From Eledone cirrhosa (lineage: Eukaryota): a stretch of 64,000 nucleotides of DNA. The notes under the pieces were generated by a model, which worked only from the letters and a program-made list of their open reading frames with translations, was not told the origin of the DNA and made no database searches. Positions 1 through 13,028 of the stretch are shown here, piece after piece (position 1 is the stretch's first letter; each line of letters begins with the position of its first letter). The stretch covers positions 97,588,001-97,652,000 of the forward strand of contig OZ024746.1 in assembly GCA_964016885.1 (NCBI GenBank), in the 5' to 3' direction. The position numbers were made by a program, and so were the translations under genes.

Positions 1-69
1 TAATGGCATCAGCTCTGCCATTTTACCAAGTAGAATGGGTGCATTTTCTTTGTGAAGAAATTCCCAATA

Positions 70-351
70 GCTTCATGCTCTATGGTGGTCCCCTCATACA
101 CAAAGAATTTGAATTCAAAGCACACCCCAACAAATTTTACATATCAATGTTAACATGGCGCAAGTAACTGGAATTGAAAAGTAATACATACAGGTATTAA
201 ATTCATAATTTCTAAACATCCTGAAACTAGAAAGCGCAGCTGAGGGCACAAATATATTTCTACGGCCATTGTTGGTGGGATTCCTCACACACACACACTG
301 TAGGGGGCTTGGGGCAATTGCTCCCTTTGTTCCCCATTAAACCTAGCCCTG
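70..351. mobile_element. hAT-like MITE copy (degenerate)
   Basis: Internal sequence shared with 3213-3509; ends in TIR-like TAAACCTAGCCCTG. Left end is uncertain. Confidence 0.6.
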
Positions 352-699
352 ACAATAGACCATGTAGAGGTTCCTTCTCTGTCATTGAAGATAGAAGTGG
401 AATGTAACAAAGTGCGCCCATTATATATATGAAAATGTAAAATTCCACAACAACAAGAGTAAACACTAGGATTAATTACTTGCTATATAATCAGGCCTTG
501 GTCTCCGGTCTCACTGGCTTTGCCAGCATTTCTTTCATTGGTAACCTCTTGCTGTGTGCTCATCTACAGGATTCTCCACAACACAACAGAACCCACTGTG
601 ATTGAGGAATGTGAGGCTGCCTGCAAGACTTGAAACCAGTTCGGAATCCACCCAGTAGATGTCCCTCCTCCTCTTCTACCTGTAGACATTAAATACCCA

Positions 700-1136
700 C
701 CCCACTTCCTCACAGTATATGGGATGCAATCCAGTGCGACATGGCCTCGGACAGGCTAGTATGCCAGCTCGAACAGCACCGCCTCTCATGTTTTCACTCA
801 GCCACGCAACCCCACAGCAGTGCCTGGCTCAATGCCTTATCCTACTTTTCAACTGGCACACAGCTGGATAAGGATAGCCTGGGAATCGGGGTTTCCCTGA
901 GGCTTGTCCTCCAGATCTGCAAGCCACATAAATGCCACTGCAGATCTACCGTAGACTCTTTCAGCCTCCATCTGCTGTCCTCTCGTGACAGTGCCGGTCC
1001 CCTTCCACACCATGCTGCTCTCAACGAGGTCATAAACACATGGCTTGGATGCTGTAGGCTACCCACCCCCCAGCTCAAGCCAGTGGGGCTGGACCAAAGA
1101 GACAGCAAAAGGCCAGATGGCATAACAATATTATAG
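700..1136 (+). pseudogene. C-terminal fragment of an RLE-type (CRE-like) non-LTR retrotransposon ORF
   Basis: ORF 741-1136 contains SSAWL.A, a degenerate zinc knuckle (C.PHKCHC...D...LHLLS), H.ALN.VI and the restriction-like endonuclease motif KRPDGIT. Confidence 0.65.
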
Positions 1137-1969
1137 ACATTTTAGACAAAGATAAACGATAAGAAAATTATGGAAATTATCAATAAAAGTACCACCACAA
1201 ACATTTATGTTTCAAATCCAGCAAACATAAACAGTAAACAAGGAAAGGGCAAGGGATCTAGTGTCACAGAAGAATGGGGAGGGGTGGGGGAGATTGGGCT
1301 ATGGGCCTAGGGTGCAGTAGTAATGGGGCTGTGCACTGTGGACTGGACCTGAAAAGCATTCTCGTGGGCAAATGGCTAGCGACACCCACTATATCCGCCC
1401 CCCCCCCCCACACACACACACACCTCTCATATGTATATAAGCATATATAAGTGTTTCTTTAAACATTACATTGTACTGTATAAACACTGAAAACTGGAAA
1501 CAATAGCTATATTGTTCATATCCTAATTGCATTAGAGAAGGTAAATTATTGACAGTGAAATCACTGGCTTGTTAAATTGAATACTTTTTTCAATAATCAG
1601 CTTACTTGTAAAAAGAAGGAAGTTAAAACAGTCTGACAACCAATCATTACACACAGTTTCAAGAACAACATTTATTTATTTAAAACAATGTTGTCTCTGA
1701 TCAAGACGAAGCGAGAGTGTATTTGAATACATATAAAAATCAAAAAACTCATTGCTAGAACAGCTGTTAAAACAGCTAAATGCTGTCAAATACAGTGATG
1801 GGCAAAAATGTCTCAAAGGATAGAAACCAGCGGCCTTATTTATTTCATAAAAAAAGATGTATTAAATTACACTGTCTATGATTTTAAAACAATATTTGAA
1901 AATAATCAAGAATTTACTCTAGCAGCAACCTGATAAAATCATCATTATACCTAGGCTCCATTGCCTGAA

Positions 1970-2615
1970 AGACTGATGATAGCAAGCTGATGAAACCATA
2001 GCAGTGAAAATAGTTGGTGCTTTGGGTCTCTGAATTATCTTTTTGATGAAACTATAACAGTGAAATTATCTAGTTCTTTGGATCCTTGTGCTGTTGGTCC
2101 CTGAATTATCATTCTGATGAGACCATAGAAGTGAAAATATTTAGTGCTTTGGGTCCCAGCACCATTTCCCCAATGAAACCATAGCAGTGATAATACCTGG
2201 TATTTTGGGTTTCTGAATTATCTCTCTGATGAAACCATAGCAGGGAAAATACCTGGTGCTTTGGGTCCCTGAATTGTCTCCCTGATGAAACCATAGCAGG
2301 GAAAATACCTGGTGCTTTGGGTCCCTAAATTGTCTCCCTGATGAAACCATAGCAGGGAAAATACCTGGTGCTTTGGGTCTCTCAATTGTCTCCCTGATGA
2401 AACCATAGCAGGGAAAATACCTGGTATTTTGGGTCCCTAAATTGTCTCCCTGATGAAACCATAGCAGGGAAAATACCTGGTGCTTTGGGTCCCTCAATTA
2501 TCTCTCTGATGAAACAGTAGCAGGGAAAATACCTGGTGCTTTGGGTCCCTCAATTATCTCTCTGATGAAACAGTAGCAGGGAAAATACCTGGTATTTTGG
2601 GTCCCTCAATTATCG
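1970..2615. repeat. 56-bp minisatellite, about 10 units, degenerate on the left
   Basis: Unit CTGATGAAACCATAGCAGGGAAAATACCTGGTGCTTTGGGTCCCTCAATTATCTCT; consecutive starts at 2226 and 2282. Confidence 0.95.
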
Positions 2616-2779
2616 CTCTACTTACTACCATTAGGATCTAGATTATTATCCACAAGAACGATATTAAGGTATTGTTCTCAAAATGAATAATGCCAAAATC
2701 TCATATATTTGATATTATGTGAGATAATTATGTGAGTAAAGCCTTTGCCATGAAAATACAATAGTAAATATAGAGTAAT

Positions 2780-3100
2780 GTGAATGCTAAAGTACTTACT
2801 ATTGTCTTCATCAAGTCTTAATGTTGTTCTATGTCTAGCATAGTGTGTGATGTAGAGCTTACTGTATTGTACAGCTATTCTGAATGTATGACATAGTACT
2901 TACTATCTTCAACATTTAGTCATAGTGTACAATGTAGAGTATTCTACAGTTAGTCTTAGTGTATGGTATAGTGTACTAAGTTCTACATCTAATCTTAGTG
3001 TATGATATTGAGATTTCTACGTTCTAAACCTAGTCATACTATAGTACTTACTATGTTCTAAATTTAGACATAGTGTATGATATAGTCCTTTCTCTATTTC
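2780..3100. repeat. Degenerate tandem repeat of roughly 40 bp
   Basis: Recurrent TAGTGTATGATATAGTACTTACTATGTTCTA-like units. Confidence 0.6.
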
Positions 3101-3212
3101 TTATACAAGTCTATACATACATCTATGTATTGAGTCCTTAACACCTAGACACAACCGATTTATTCCAGAGAAGAAGGAAACAGGGAGAGAAAAAGTAAAA
3201 CAGAAATACAGA

Positions 3213-3509
3213 CAGGGTTGGATTTAGACAAGGGTGGGGGGTGGGGGGGGCCGTGGCACTTCAACTTTGGAAGGCCCCTCATACACAGAAAACCTCCCCA
3301 ATTTTATATATTAAAGTTAGCTTGGCACAAGTAATTGGTATTGAAAAGTTATACATACAGGTATTAAATTAAAAAATTCTAACCATCCTAAAACTAAAAA
3401 GCCCAGCTGAGGGCACAAATAAATTACTATGGCCACCACTGGTAGGGCTCCCCACTGCAGGGGGCCTGAGGCAAATGGCCCGTTTGCTACCTCATTAAAT
3501 CCAGCTCTG
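3213..3509. mobile_element. hAT-like MITE
   Basis: TIRs CAGGGTTGGATTTA / TAAATCCAGCTCTG; 8-bp TSD AATACAGA / GATACAGA (7 of 8 match). Related copies at about 70-351, 13784-14089 and 18964-19260. Confidence 0.8.
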
Positions 3510-4517
3510 GATACAGAGGTGGAATCAAATCCAGTATTGAACTGATACTTTATTCATCTACATCAAAAGGATGAAAGGCAACGTTGAATACAGAAAGCAG
3601 AGAGTTGGAAAGAATACCACAAAGCATGGGTAGCGAATACATGTGCATAAGGCTCGGTGACATCACTTCCACCCAAGTGTGACGAACGCGAATACTTGAA
3701 CTGAACAGCTTAGTGGCTGCTAGTTTTTCAGCCTGCTAAGACCTGTCCAGTGCTATCACCATCAACAACTGAGGACATCACTAGCTGACACATTTCAAAT
3801 GCCACATCATGGCATTATTCTTTCATCCTTACAAGGTCGATAAAATAAAGTACCAGTAATACACTAGGATAATTGTTGGCCTTGTGCCAAAAGTAGAAAT
3901 AATTATTCTTATATACGAAGCAAGGACTTTTTACTTCGTCAACATGAGTAACTGAAAGCTAATATTTGCAACACTCATGGACTTGAACATTATTTCCCAC
4001 TGACCTGTTCACACATTTGTCACATATTCTGCATTAGTCATGCTTGTCACTTGACTTAATAAATTCCTGTGTTTGTTTTCAATCAAAACGCCTGATTTAT
4101 TATACACCTTTTTATTTCACTGCTGACCATCTTGCTATACATGCTATCAGATGTTCTAACAAATCTACCAACTCATTGCCTATAAAGTAAATGAACCTTA
4201 AATCTTCATAATTTAATATACAACTGAATGCTTGCCTTACTGAGGTGTCAGGTGATGCCCGTGAGGGTGCCTGGTTGTTTTAGCACCTTAGCCTCACCAT
4301 CACACATCGTAATGTTGTGAGCATGTTGGCTTGCCTCAAAGTGTTCTGTTGACCCTTATGATGTGCAGTCGGTTGTCGCACTTGGTGATGAATTGATGGT
4401 CATTTTGTTTAACCGTATATATCTAATTATTACATATATTATTCATGTCTGTTTTCATTCTGTAAGTATTATAAATAATTTGTATTGTTATTTATACAAT
4501 TGTGAATAAACCTTCAA

Positions 4518-4738
4518 CCCTTTAGCATTTGCAATACTCTATATTTACTATTATATTTTTGCAATAAAGGATTTACTTCACATAATTATGTCATATAATA
4601 TCGAATCTATGAGATTTTGATATTATTTATTCTGAAAACGATACCTTAATATCAATATGAGTGGTCAGTTACAGCCAGTTTGAATAGAAAGAGGTGAGAG
4701 AATTCTGGCCAGATATGGCTGGTTTAAATGCTAAAGGG
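4518..4738. mobile_element. piggyBac-type MITE (about 220 bp)
   Basis: TIRs CCCTTTAGCATTT / AAATGCTAAAGGG flanked by TCAA and TTAA; roughly 20 related copies or fragments in the window. Confidence 0.85.
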
Positions 4739-5294
4739 TTAAATTATGTTCCAAACACCAGCTTAATTAATAAAGAAGTTAGTTATATTATTAAATCCTT
4801 GCAAAATATTGAGTAATTTCCAAGTTATTTAAAAATCATTGGCAGTCTTTCATCAAAAACATGGTAATGAATGGGTTAAGTAAAATGAAATGAAACAAAA
4901 ACCAATAATGTAGGCTAGTAAAGCTTAGAAGTATATAAATGTACAGGAAGCTGTGTTTATTTATGTATATATGTATATGTTATTTATGTATATATGTATA
5001 TGTTATCCCTTGGCAAGTGTTTAAAGACATTGCTCAATCAGAAATAGTTAAGATTATTACCTGAAAGGATATTTAGTTTGTTGGCTTTTACTCTAACATC
5101 GCTGGAATATCAGCCAGCATGTGTGTTGATGCTTGAAGGTTGTTTTGACATGGTGTGGTATGGTCCCATAACTCCTGATAGAGTCGTAGGGGCACCATAT
5201 TGACATACAGTATTTCTTGGGCATTTTAAGCCTGGTGGAGCTCACCCCTCTCCAGGCCTGAGGACAGCAGATTTCTTCTAGAGAGAGGAAGAAT

Positions 5295-7621
5295 CAACCC
5301 AGTAGTAGACTGGTACTTTTTTATTGACCTCAGAAAGATGAAAGGCGAAGCTGACCGCAGTGGGATTTGAACTGAGAGAGCAGAGAGCCAGAGCGAATAC
5401 CATAAAGCATTCTATCTGATGTTCTAGTGACTCTACCATTCTATCTGACGTTCTAACGACTCTACCATTCTATCTGACGTTCTAACGACTCTACCATTCT
5501 ATCTGATGTTCTAGTGACTCTACCATTCTATCTGACGTTCTAGTGACTCTACCATTCTATCTGATGTTCTAGTGACTCTACCATTCTATCTGATGTTCTA
5601 GTGACTCTACCATTCTATCTGACGTTCTAGTGACTCTACCATTCTATCTGATGTTCTAGTGACTCTACCATTCTATCTGACGTTCTAGTGACTCTACCAT
5701 TCTATCTGATGTTCTAGTGACTCTACCATTCTATCTGACGTTCTAGTGACTCTACCATTCTATCTGATGTTCTAGTGACTCTACCATTCTATCTGATGTT
5801 CTAGTGACTCTACCATTCTATCTGACGTTCTAGTGACTCTACCATTCTATCTGATGTTCTAGTGACTCTACCATTCTATCTGACGTTCTAGTGACTCTAC
5901 CATTCTATCTGATGTTCTAGTGACTCTACCATTCTATCTGACGTTCTAACGACTTTACCATTCTATCTGATGTTCTAGTGACTCTACCATTCTATCTGAC
6001 GTTCTAACGACTCTACCATTCTATCTGACGTTCTAACGACTCTACCATTCTATCTGACGTTCTAACGACTCTACCATTCTATCTGACGTTCTAGTGACTC
6101 TACCATTCTATCTGATGTTCTAGTGACTCTACCATTCTATCTGATGTTCTAGTGACTCTACCATTCTATCTGACGTTCTAACGACTCTACCATTCTATCT
6201 GACGTTCTAACGACTCTACCATTCTATCTGACGTTCTAGTGACTCTACCATTCTATCTGATGTTCTAGTGACTCTACCATTCTATCTGATGTTCTAGTGA
6301 CTCTACCATTCTATCTGACGTTCTAGTGACTCTACCATTCTATCTGATGTTCTAGTGACTCTACCATTCTATCTGATGTTCTAGTGACTCTACCATTCTA
6401 TCTGATGTTCTAGTGACTCTACCATTCTATCTGATGTTCTAGTGACTCTACCATTCTATCTGATGTTCTAGTGACTCTACCATTCTATCTGACGTTCTAA
6501 CGACTCTACCATTCTATCTGACGTTCTAACGACTCTACCATTCTATCTGACGTTCTAGTGACTCTACCATTCTATCTGATGTTCTAGTGACTCTACCATT
6601 CTATCTGATGTTCTAGTGACTCTACCATTCTATCTGATGTTCTAGTGACTCTACCATTCTATCTGATGTTCTAGTGACTCTACCATTCTATCTGATGTTC
6701 TAGTGACTCTACCATTCTATCTGACGTTCTAGTGACTCTACCATTCTATCTGACGTTCTAGTGACTCTACCATTCTATCTGATGTTCTAGTGACTCTACC
6801 ATTCTATCTGACGTTCTAGTGACTCTACCATTCTATCTGATGTTCTAGTGACTCTACCATTCTATCTGATGTTCTAGTGACTCTACCATTCTATCTGACG
6901 TTCTAGTGACTCTACCATTCTATCTGATGTTCTAGTGACTCTACCATTCTATCTGACGTTCTAACGACTCTACCATTCTATCTGACGTTCTAACGACTCT
7001 ACCATTCTATCTGACGTTCTAGTGACTCTACCATTCTATCTGATGTTCTAGTGACTCTACCATTCTATCTGATGTTCTAGTGACTCTACCATTCTATCTG
7101 ACGTTCTAGTGACTCTACCATTCTATCTGATGTTCTAGTGACTCTACCATTCTATCTGACGTTCTAACGACTCTACCATTCTATCTGACGTTCTAACGAC
7201 TCTACCATTCTATCTGACGTTCTAGTGACTCTACCATTCTATCTGATGTTCTAGTGACTCTACCATTCTATCTGATGTTCTAGTGACTCTACCATTCTAT
7301 CTGATGTTCTAGTGACTCTACCATTCTATCTGATGTTCTAGTGACTCTACCATTCTATCTGATGTTCTAGTGACTCTACCATTCTATCTGATGTTCTAGT
7401 GACTCTACCATTCTATCTGATGTTCTAGTGACTCTACCATTCTATCTGATGTTCTAGTGACTCTACCATTCTATCTGATGTTCTAGTGACTCTACCATTC
7501 TATCTGATGTTCTAGTGACTCTACCATTCTATCTGATGTTCTAGTGACTCTACCATTCTATCTGATGTTCTAGTGACTCTACCATTCTATCTGATGTTCT
7601 AGTCACTGCCAATTCACTGCC
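5295..7621 (-). mobile_element. tRNA-derived SINE (family A, old copy) interrupted by a minisatellite
   Basis: Reverse-complemented core (GATGAAAGGC) and B box (GGATTTGAAC) lie left of the array; the A-box region CTGCCAATTCACTGCC lies right of it. Confidence 0.7.
5408..7602. repeat. 29-bp minisatellite, about 75 units
   Basis: Unit TCTATCTGA(T/C)GTTCTA(GT/AC)GACTCTACCAT with three main variants. Confidence 0.98.
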
Positions 7622-8048
7622 TATTGTTTTCATATACTGAATTGTAAAAGCTTAATAATACCCTATACCTAAAACGAGGGATCATCTTTGTAGGAGCCTG
7701 GCCTGCTAGAAATAAGAGCTAAACAATGTCTGAAATAAACCTTTTAGTTCCCTCTTACAGCATGTAGATATACAGAAACTCCTTCTCTATTCTATCTGCT
7801 AGGGCTGCAGTGTGGTGTGGCCAGTGTGTGGCCCCCATTTGCTTATAATAGTGAGAGATGGGGAGAGTGAGAGAGACAGAAGCAGTGACTATACCCCCAT
7901 AATTATAATTATATATATATATATAAGGAATCACAACAAATAGCACCCAGTCCACACTGTAAATGTGGTTGGTATTAGGAAGGGCATCCTGCTGTAGAAA
8001 TCTGGCCAGAAACAGTTGAATGTGAACGTTAGACGACGATGATAATGA

Positions 8049-8085
<37 letters not shown>

Positions 8086-8256
8086 TGGTGCGTGTGTTAC
8101 TTATATATATATATATTTACCTGGTGCGTGTGTTACTTTTACCTGGTGCGTGTGTTTCTTATTGGCAACATGACCCTCCCAAAGTATAACAATATATATA
8201 TATATATATATATCAATGATATTAATAAATGGAAACTAAATTTATAAAACCATATT

Positions 8257-8317
8257 TATTTTATTATATATATTTCAAGGGTACCAACATTTTGGTACGC
8301 CCTCATCAGATAAAATA
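8257..8317 (-). ncRNA. Minimal type I hammerhead ribozyme motif (mirror copy)
   Basis: Same core on the minus strand; stem I extends to 8 bp (TATTTTAT/ATAAAATA). Confidence 0.65.
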
Positions 8318-8446
8318 CAAAATTTGTTTTATAAATGGTGACATACCCCAGAAACCCGACCTTATCGGTTCAGGTTCAGTTTGGAACCTGAACCGATAAG
8401 GTCGGGTTTCTGGGGTATGTCACCATTTATAAAACAAATTTTGTAT

Positions 8447-8501
8447 TTTATCTGATGAGGGCGTACCAAAATGTTGGTACCCTTGAAATATATATAATAA
8501 A
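8447..8501 (+). ncRNA. Minimal type I hammerhead ribozyme motif
   Basis: TTTAT-CTGATGA-stem II (GTACCAA/TTGGTAC, weak base)-GAAA-T-ATAT-ATA-ATAAA. Stem I is TTTAT/ATAAA, loop 3 is palindromic, and predicted cleavage is after 8496. Confidence 0.65.
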
Positions 8502-8616
8502 TATAGTCTCCATTTATTAATATCATTGATATTATACTCCAGAAAACTTGTAGAGTGCTTCGAATCTGTTATGAATAAATTTGTTGAATAACCAACAAAT
8601 TAAATATCTCTTTGCT

Positions 8617-10478
8617 TCATCATCATCATCATCTTCGTTTAACGTCCATCTTCCACGCTAGCATGGGTTAGACAGGAGTTGTCCCACTTGAGGCAAGGTT
8701 GGTCGGGTGACCGTGTCTCGCTCATATAGGACTATCTGGCAGGTTTTCTACGGCTGGATGCCCTTCCTAACACCAACCAAATTTACAGTGTGGAACTGGG
8801 AACTTTTACCGTGTTACCTACACGGCCACATTACAGCGTGGACTGTGTGTTTTTTCTCGTGACACCTACACGATCTCGATCTCATTATCTCATTTATTTG
8901 GACTGGATGTTGTGGTACCAACTTTACAGAGAGAGGGTGGTGTTGGTGGGAGTGGGAGGATAGGGTAGGTGTAGTGGATTGGGGTGTATATTTGGTTAAG
9001 AGGTGCCTACTGACTGTAGGTTTTGCTTTGTACATAGGCAAGGCGGGTCATCTGTATTACTGTGTAGCGCCAAAGATCTCGGTCCAGTGACATTGTCTCA
9101 GAGAGGTGCAAGTGTGTAAGGTTGGAATTTATCAGATCATCCCAGGTTTTTCTGGTCTACCTACTTTTCTGGGTCTAACTACCATCAATTTTGATCGCCC
9201 TGCACTTTTATATACAGCTGTCGTCTTTCATGCGCATCACGCAGCCATACCAACATAGTCTTCTCTCGAGTAAAGAGCATCTGACCCCTCTTATTCCTAA
9301 TTTCTCACTTAGTTCATTTATGCTTTGCCGTTCACGTATATTACTATTACACATCCAAAGGAGCATGCATGCTTCATTCCTTTCCAGTCTACGCAGGTCC
9401 TCTGCACATAATGCCCATGTCTCACTGCCATGTAGCATTGCTGTTCGTATACAAGCATCATACAATCTGCCTTTCATTTTTAGAGAGAAACCTTTAGTGG
9501 CCAACAGCGATATAAGCTCTCTGAACTTTTTCCATCCCGTTCTGACTCTGGTTACTGTACTTTCAGAACACCCGCCACCACTGCTGATTTCATCACCCAG
9601 GTAACGGAAAGTTTCTACTATTTCTATAGAACCATCTGGGCAATAGAAGGGGCTAGTATCCTGTGGACACTTGCTACCTATTGCACCTGAGCATCGGCCA
9701 CATATAAAGTCTACGTTCTTAGATAGTTTACCTGTGATCCTACTACATCTTTTATGTACCCATACTTTGCATTTGGGACATAAAATTGAATTTCTGCCTA
9801 CTCCTTTCCTACACACTGAGCAAGGCCATTTCCCTGAGGGTACCTGTGCCTTATTTTCCTTTCTACAAACTAGGACTTTAGTCTTAGACAAGTTAGCTTT
9901 AAGGCCTTTTGATTCTAGGCCATGCTTCCATGTTTGGAATTTCTTTTCTAGTTCAGCCATTGATTCAGCTATGAGCGTTAGATCATCTGCGTACAGGAGT
10001 TCCCATGGGCAGCCGGTCTTGAACTTCTCTGTTATAGCCTGAAGGGCAATAATAAATAGGAGGGAGCTAAGGACAGAGCTTTGGTGAACACCAACTTTTA
10101 CACTAAATTCTTCACAATATTCATTGTTAATTCTAACCTTACTGACTGTTTCATTATACATAGCTTGTATAGCTCTCACAAGCCATTCATCTACACCTAG
10201 TTTTCTAAGAGCCCACCAGATAATGGAGCGGGGGACTCTGTCAAAGGCTTTTTCCAGGTCTACAAAAGCTAAGTAGAGGGGTTTACTTTTAGCTAGGCAC
10301 TTCTCTTGTAGTTGTCGTACAAGGAAAAGAGCGTCTGTGGTACTTTTACCTGACACAAACCCAAACTGCATTTCATCTAGATCAATTCGCTCTCTGATTA
10401 GTTGCGCTATAACTCTTTCTGTGACCTTCATGATCTGGTCAACTAACTTAATGCCTCTATAGTTTCCTCTATCTTGCT
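8617..10478 (-). mobile_element. 5'-truncated RTE-clade LINE (family RTE-1)
   Basis: Reverse transcriptase ORF followed by a 3' UTR and the tail CCCATGCTAGCGTGGAAGATGGACGTTAAACG(ATG)n; the 5' end abuts (TA)n. Confidence 0.92.
9030..10478 (-). pseudogene. RTE reverse transcriptase with Cys-rich (PHD-like) insert, premature stop at 9208-9210
   Basis: Motifs NYRGIKL, QFGF, AFVDLEKAFDRV, GVHQ.SVLS, LLYADD, CSVC...C.KC..WVHKRC...C.RC, FRYLG and MLHGSETW. Homology continues past the stop (TWDDLI...DRDLWRY). The ORF-track N-terminus MCVCMHIYIY is a microsatellite artefact. Confidence 0.9.
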
Positions 10479-11104
10479 TATATATATATATATATATATA
10501 TATATGCATACACACACACATTCCTATTCTAAACTGGAAACCCTCAAAGCTTCCTTTTTTTAAATATTGCTATTAAAAGTAGTTTGAAGATTCTGAAATT
10601 TATTTAGCTCTTAAAAATGATCTAAAGAGAGGTTTCTTATTTCAAATGTGTGTGTGTGTGTGTGTGTGTGCGCGCACACACACTCAACAGGCCTCTGTAC
10701 AGTGTCTATTTATCAATTTTCACTGACACAACACTCTTCAACCTGCGAATGTAGTAGAAGACACTTATGCAAGGTGCTACACTTTATAACTGAACGCAAA
10801 ACTACATAGTTGCCAAGTGAACTCCTTAAGCACACAGCCATACTTGCACTTATATTTATTTCATTCCCAAAACATCTTAATACTTGACTAATTAGTTATT
10901 ATAAGCAGATTAGTTCAATCAGGGGAAAAGTATTATCTCATAAGAGGCAAGCTGAAGTACAGTCATTTGTACTAATAATGAAGTCCTGCCCTGATCTTGA
11001 TAACAGACAATTGTAATTTCTAAATTGTCAAATACAATATGTGAATAATCTTTCTGCATATGAATAGATAAATGTTTAGAATTAAATATACTACACTCCA
11101 TGAA

Positions 11105-11370
11105 AGTGTGGGGCCTAGTGGTAAGGGTGTTGGACTTATGATCATAATATTGTGGGTTCGGTACCTGGGCTGGGTTGCATGTTTTGTTCTTGAGTAAAAC
11201 ACTTCCTTTCAGTTTGCTCCAGTATACTCAGCTGAAAATGAGTAGCAGCAATAGCTGGGGATTTAACCCTGCAATGGAATGGCGTCCTGTCCAGGGGGAA
11301 GTTTTGTACTGTCAGTCACTTCACACCACGGGATAAGCACCGGCCTAACGAGCCTTCTGGTTTGAGACAG
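11105..11370 (+). mobile_element. tRNA-derived SINE (older, related to family B)
   Basis: A box GGCCTAGTGGTAAG, B-box-like GGGTTCGGTACC and core TTCTTGAGTAAAACACTT...CTCAGCTGAAAATGAG. Confidence 0.65.
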
Positions 11371-11773
11371 ATTTTAGACATTTCATTTGTAATTAGTTTA
11401 CTACTCCACCCTAGGCATAGAGCCCATCACCTAATAGTCCTCGCTTTTTCCCTCCTTTTCCTCTCATTTATGGCTTTTATAGTCCTTTCCTCTACTTTCC
11501 CATATCTGCCCTTCTTTATCCCACCCCCATTTCATTACATAATTTTGTTTTTTTTTCCATTTTTTTTCATATTTCCATCATTGTATAACTTCTGTTTGTA
11601 AAACATATTTGACATAATGTTTATTTATAATTGTTTTTTAAAATTATATTATGCAATTATTTAGTTTCTTTTTGGTACTACCCCCTGTTAATATTAACCC
11701 TTTCATAGCCGTATTTCTAATGAAATGTTCTCTATTTTAATTAATTAATGAATCTTTATAAAAATTACATTAA

Positions 11774-11994
11774 CCCTTTAATATTTACATTACTCTATAT
11801 TTACTATTATATTTTCATGACAAAGGCTTTACTTCACATAATTATCTCACATAATATCGAATCTATAAGATTTTGATATTATTAATTTTGAGAACAATAC
11901 CTTAACATAAGTATGAGCGGCCAGTTACTGTTGGGTTGAACAGAAAGAGGTGAGAGAATTCTGGCCAGATACGGCTGGTTTAAATGCTAAAGGG
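11774..11994. mobile_element. piggyBac-type MITE
   Basis: TTAA|CCCTTTA...TAAAGGG|TTAA, 221 bp. Confidence 0.88.
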
Positions 11995-12566
11995 TTAAAA
12001 GTGCATGTCTGTTGAATGCTCAGTCACTTTTGCCTAAAGTTTCATAAACAGGCTTTTCCATTGATTGAACAAATTCATTAAAATACACAAGCAGTGTATT
12101 TCATCAGATATATAGTCATGAAATTATATGTTTAATAATTAATTATATCTTCCTTCAATATCCGATTTTGTGATTTTCAATTTCAGATTAGCTTTACATA
12201 TTTCTTAAATAGTTTTATATATTTGGGAAGTAATTATGCTGGAAAATGTTTGAGTTCAATCCATAGACTAGACAAATAGTTTAATTAGTTCTACATGCTT
12301 CAGTCATCATAGCAATAATTAGGTTCTATTCTTACTCTGTAGTTGAATGCTTTACATTAGAAATAGATTTACACAGAATTGTAAGAGTTGCTTTTACAGC
12401 AGTAGTTTATAGTGTTAGCTGTCTTCAGAAGATTGCTACAATTTAATCAGAACATTGAAACTAATCATAACTCCCAGAAGACACAAGATGTAAATGTTGT
12501 GATTGAAATGATGTCTAGTATATTATTATTCGTTTGAAAAGCTCAACTGATATATTTTATTATTTT

Positions 12567-12750
12567 GGTGGATTGGCAGTATTGGTAGAGAGTCGGACAC
12601 CATGCTTTGAAGCATAGAGTATGATCTGAGTTATGATCTGAGTTCAAATCCTGCCGAGGTTAACTTTGCCTTTCATCCTTACGGGGTCGATAAAATAAAG
12701 TACCAGTAATACACTGGGTAATTTCTGGCCTTGTGCCAAAAGTAGAAACA
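12567..12750 (+). mobile_element. tRNA-derived SINE family A (Deu/Nin-like core)
   Basis: A box TGGCAGTATTGGT, B box GTTCAAATCC, core GCCTTTCATCCTTACGGGGTCGATAAAATAAAGTACCAG, 3' end GTAGAAACA; TSD ATTATTTT. Confidence 0.85.
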
Positions 12751-13028
12751 ATTATTTTACTTGTTTAAGTTACAGCTCTATCGCTATCTTGGGGCCCTGG
12801 CTTCAAGGAATTTGGTTTAATCAATCATATCAACCCCAATACTTACTTTTTTCAAGCCTAGTATTTACTTTATGCATCACCTTTTGTCAAACCATTAAGT
12901 TACAGGACAAAACAGCAAATGTCAACATAGATATGAACAGACATATATATATATATATATATAACAAAGGAATTGTGGTAAGGAACCGTCGAAACGGCTT
13001 GAGCTCTGCCGTCGGGGTCATACTTGTT

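Larger units (their letters stand above)
8212..8616. mobile_element. Penelope-like retroelement remnant: inverted pseudo-LTR pair
   Basis: Perfect 118-bp inverted arms 8260-8377 / 8384-8501 around a 6-nt loop, with further outer homology (about 8212-8233 / 8509-8530). Each arm carries a hammerhead motif; (TA)n is adjacent. Confidence 0.7.

Noticed and set aside
1970-2615. 56-bp tandem repeat with CTGATGA and GAAA as a multimeric retrozyme
   Set aside because: A stem III-like ATAC/GTAT exists in some units, but the segment between CTGATGA and GAAA cannot form stem II and stem I does not pair properly.
5408-7602. 29-bp repeat array as a CRISPR array
   Set aside because: Units are head-to-tail with no unique spacers, there are no cas genes, and the context is eukaryotic.
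12380-12435. Minus-strand CTGAAGA-CAGC...GCTG hammerhead-like motif
   Set aside because: GAAA is replaced by TAAA and no stem I pairing is found.
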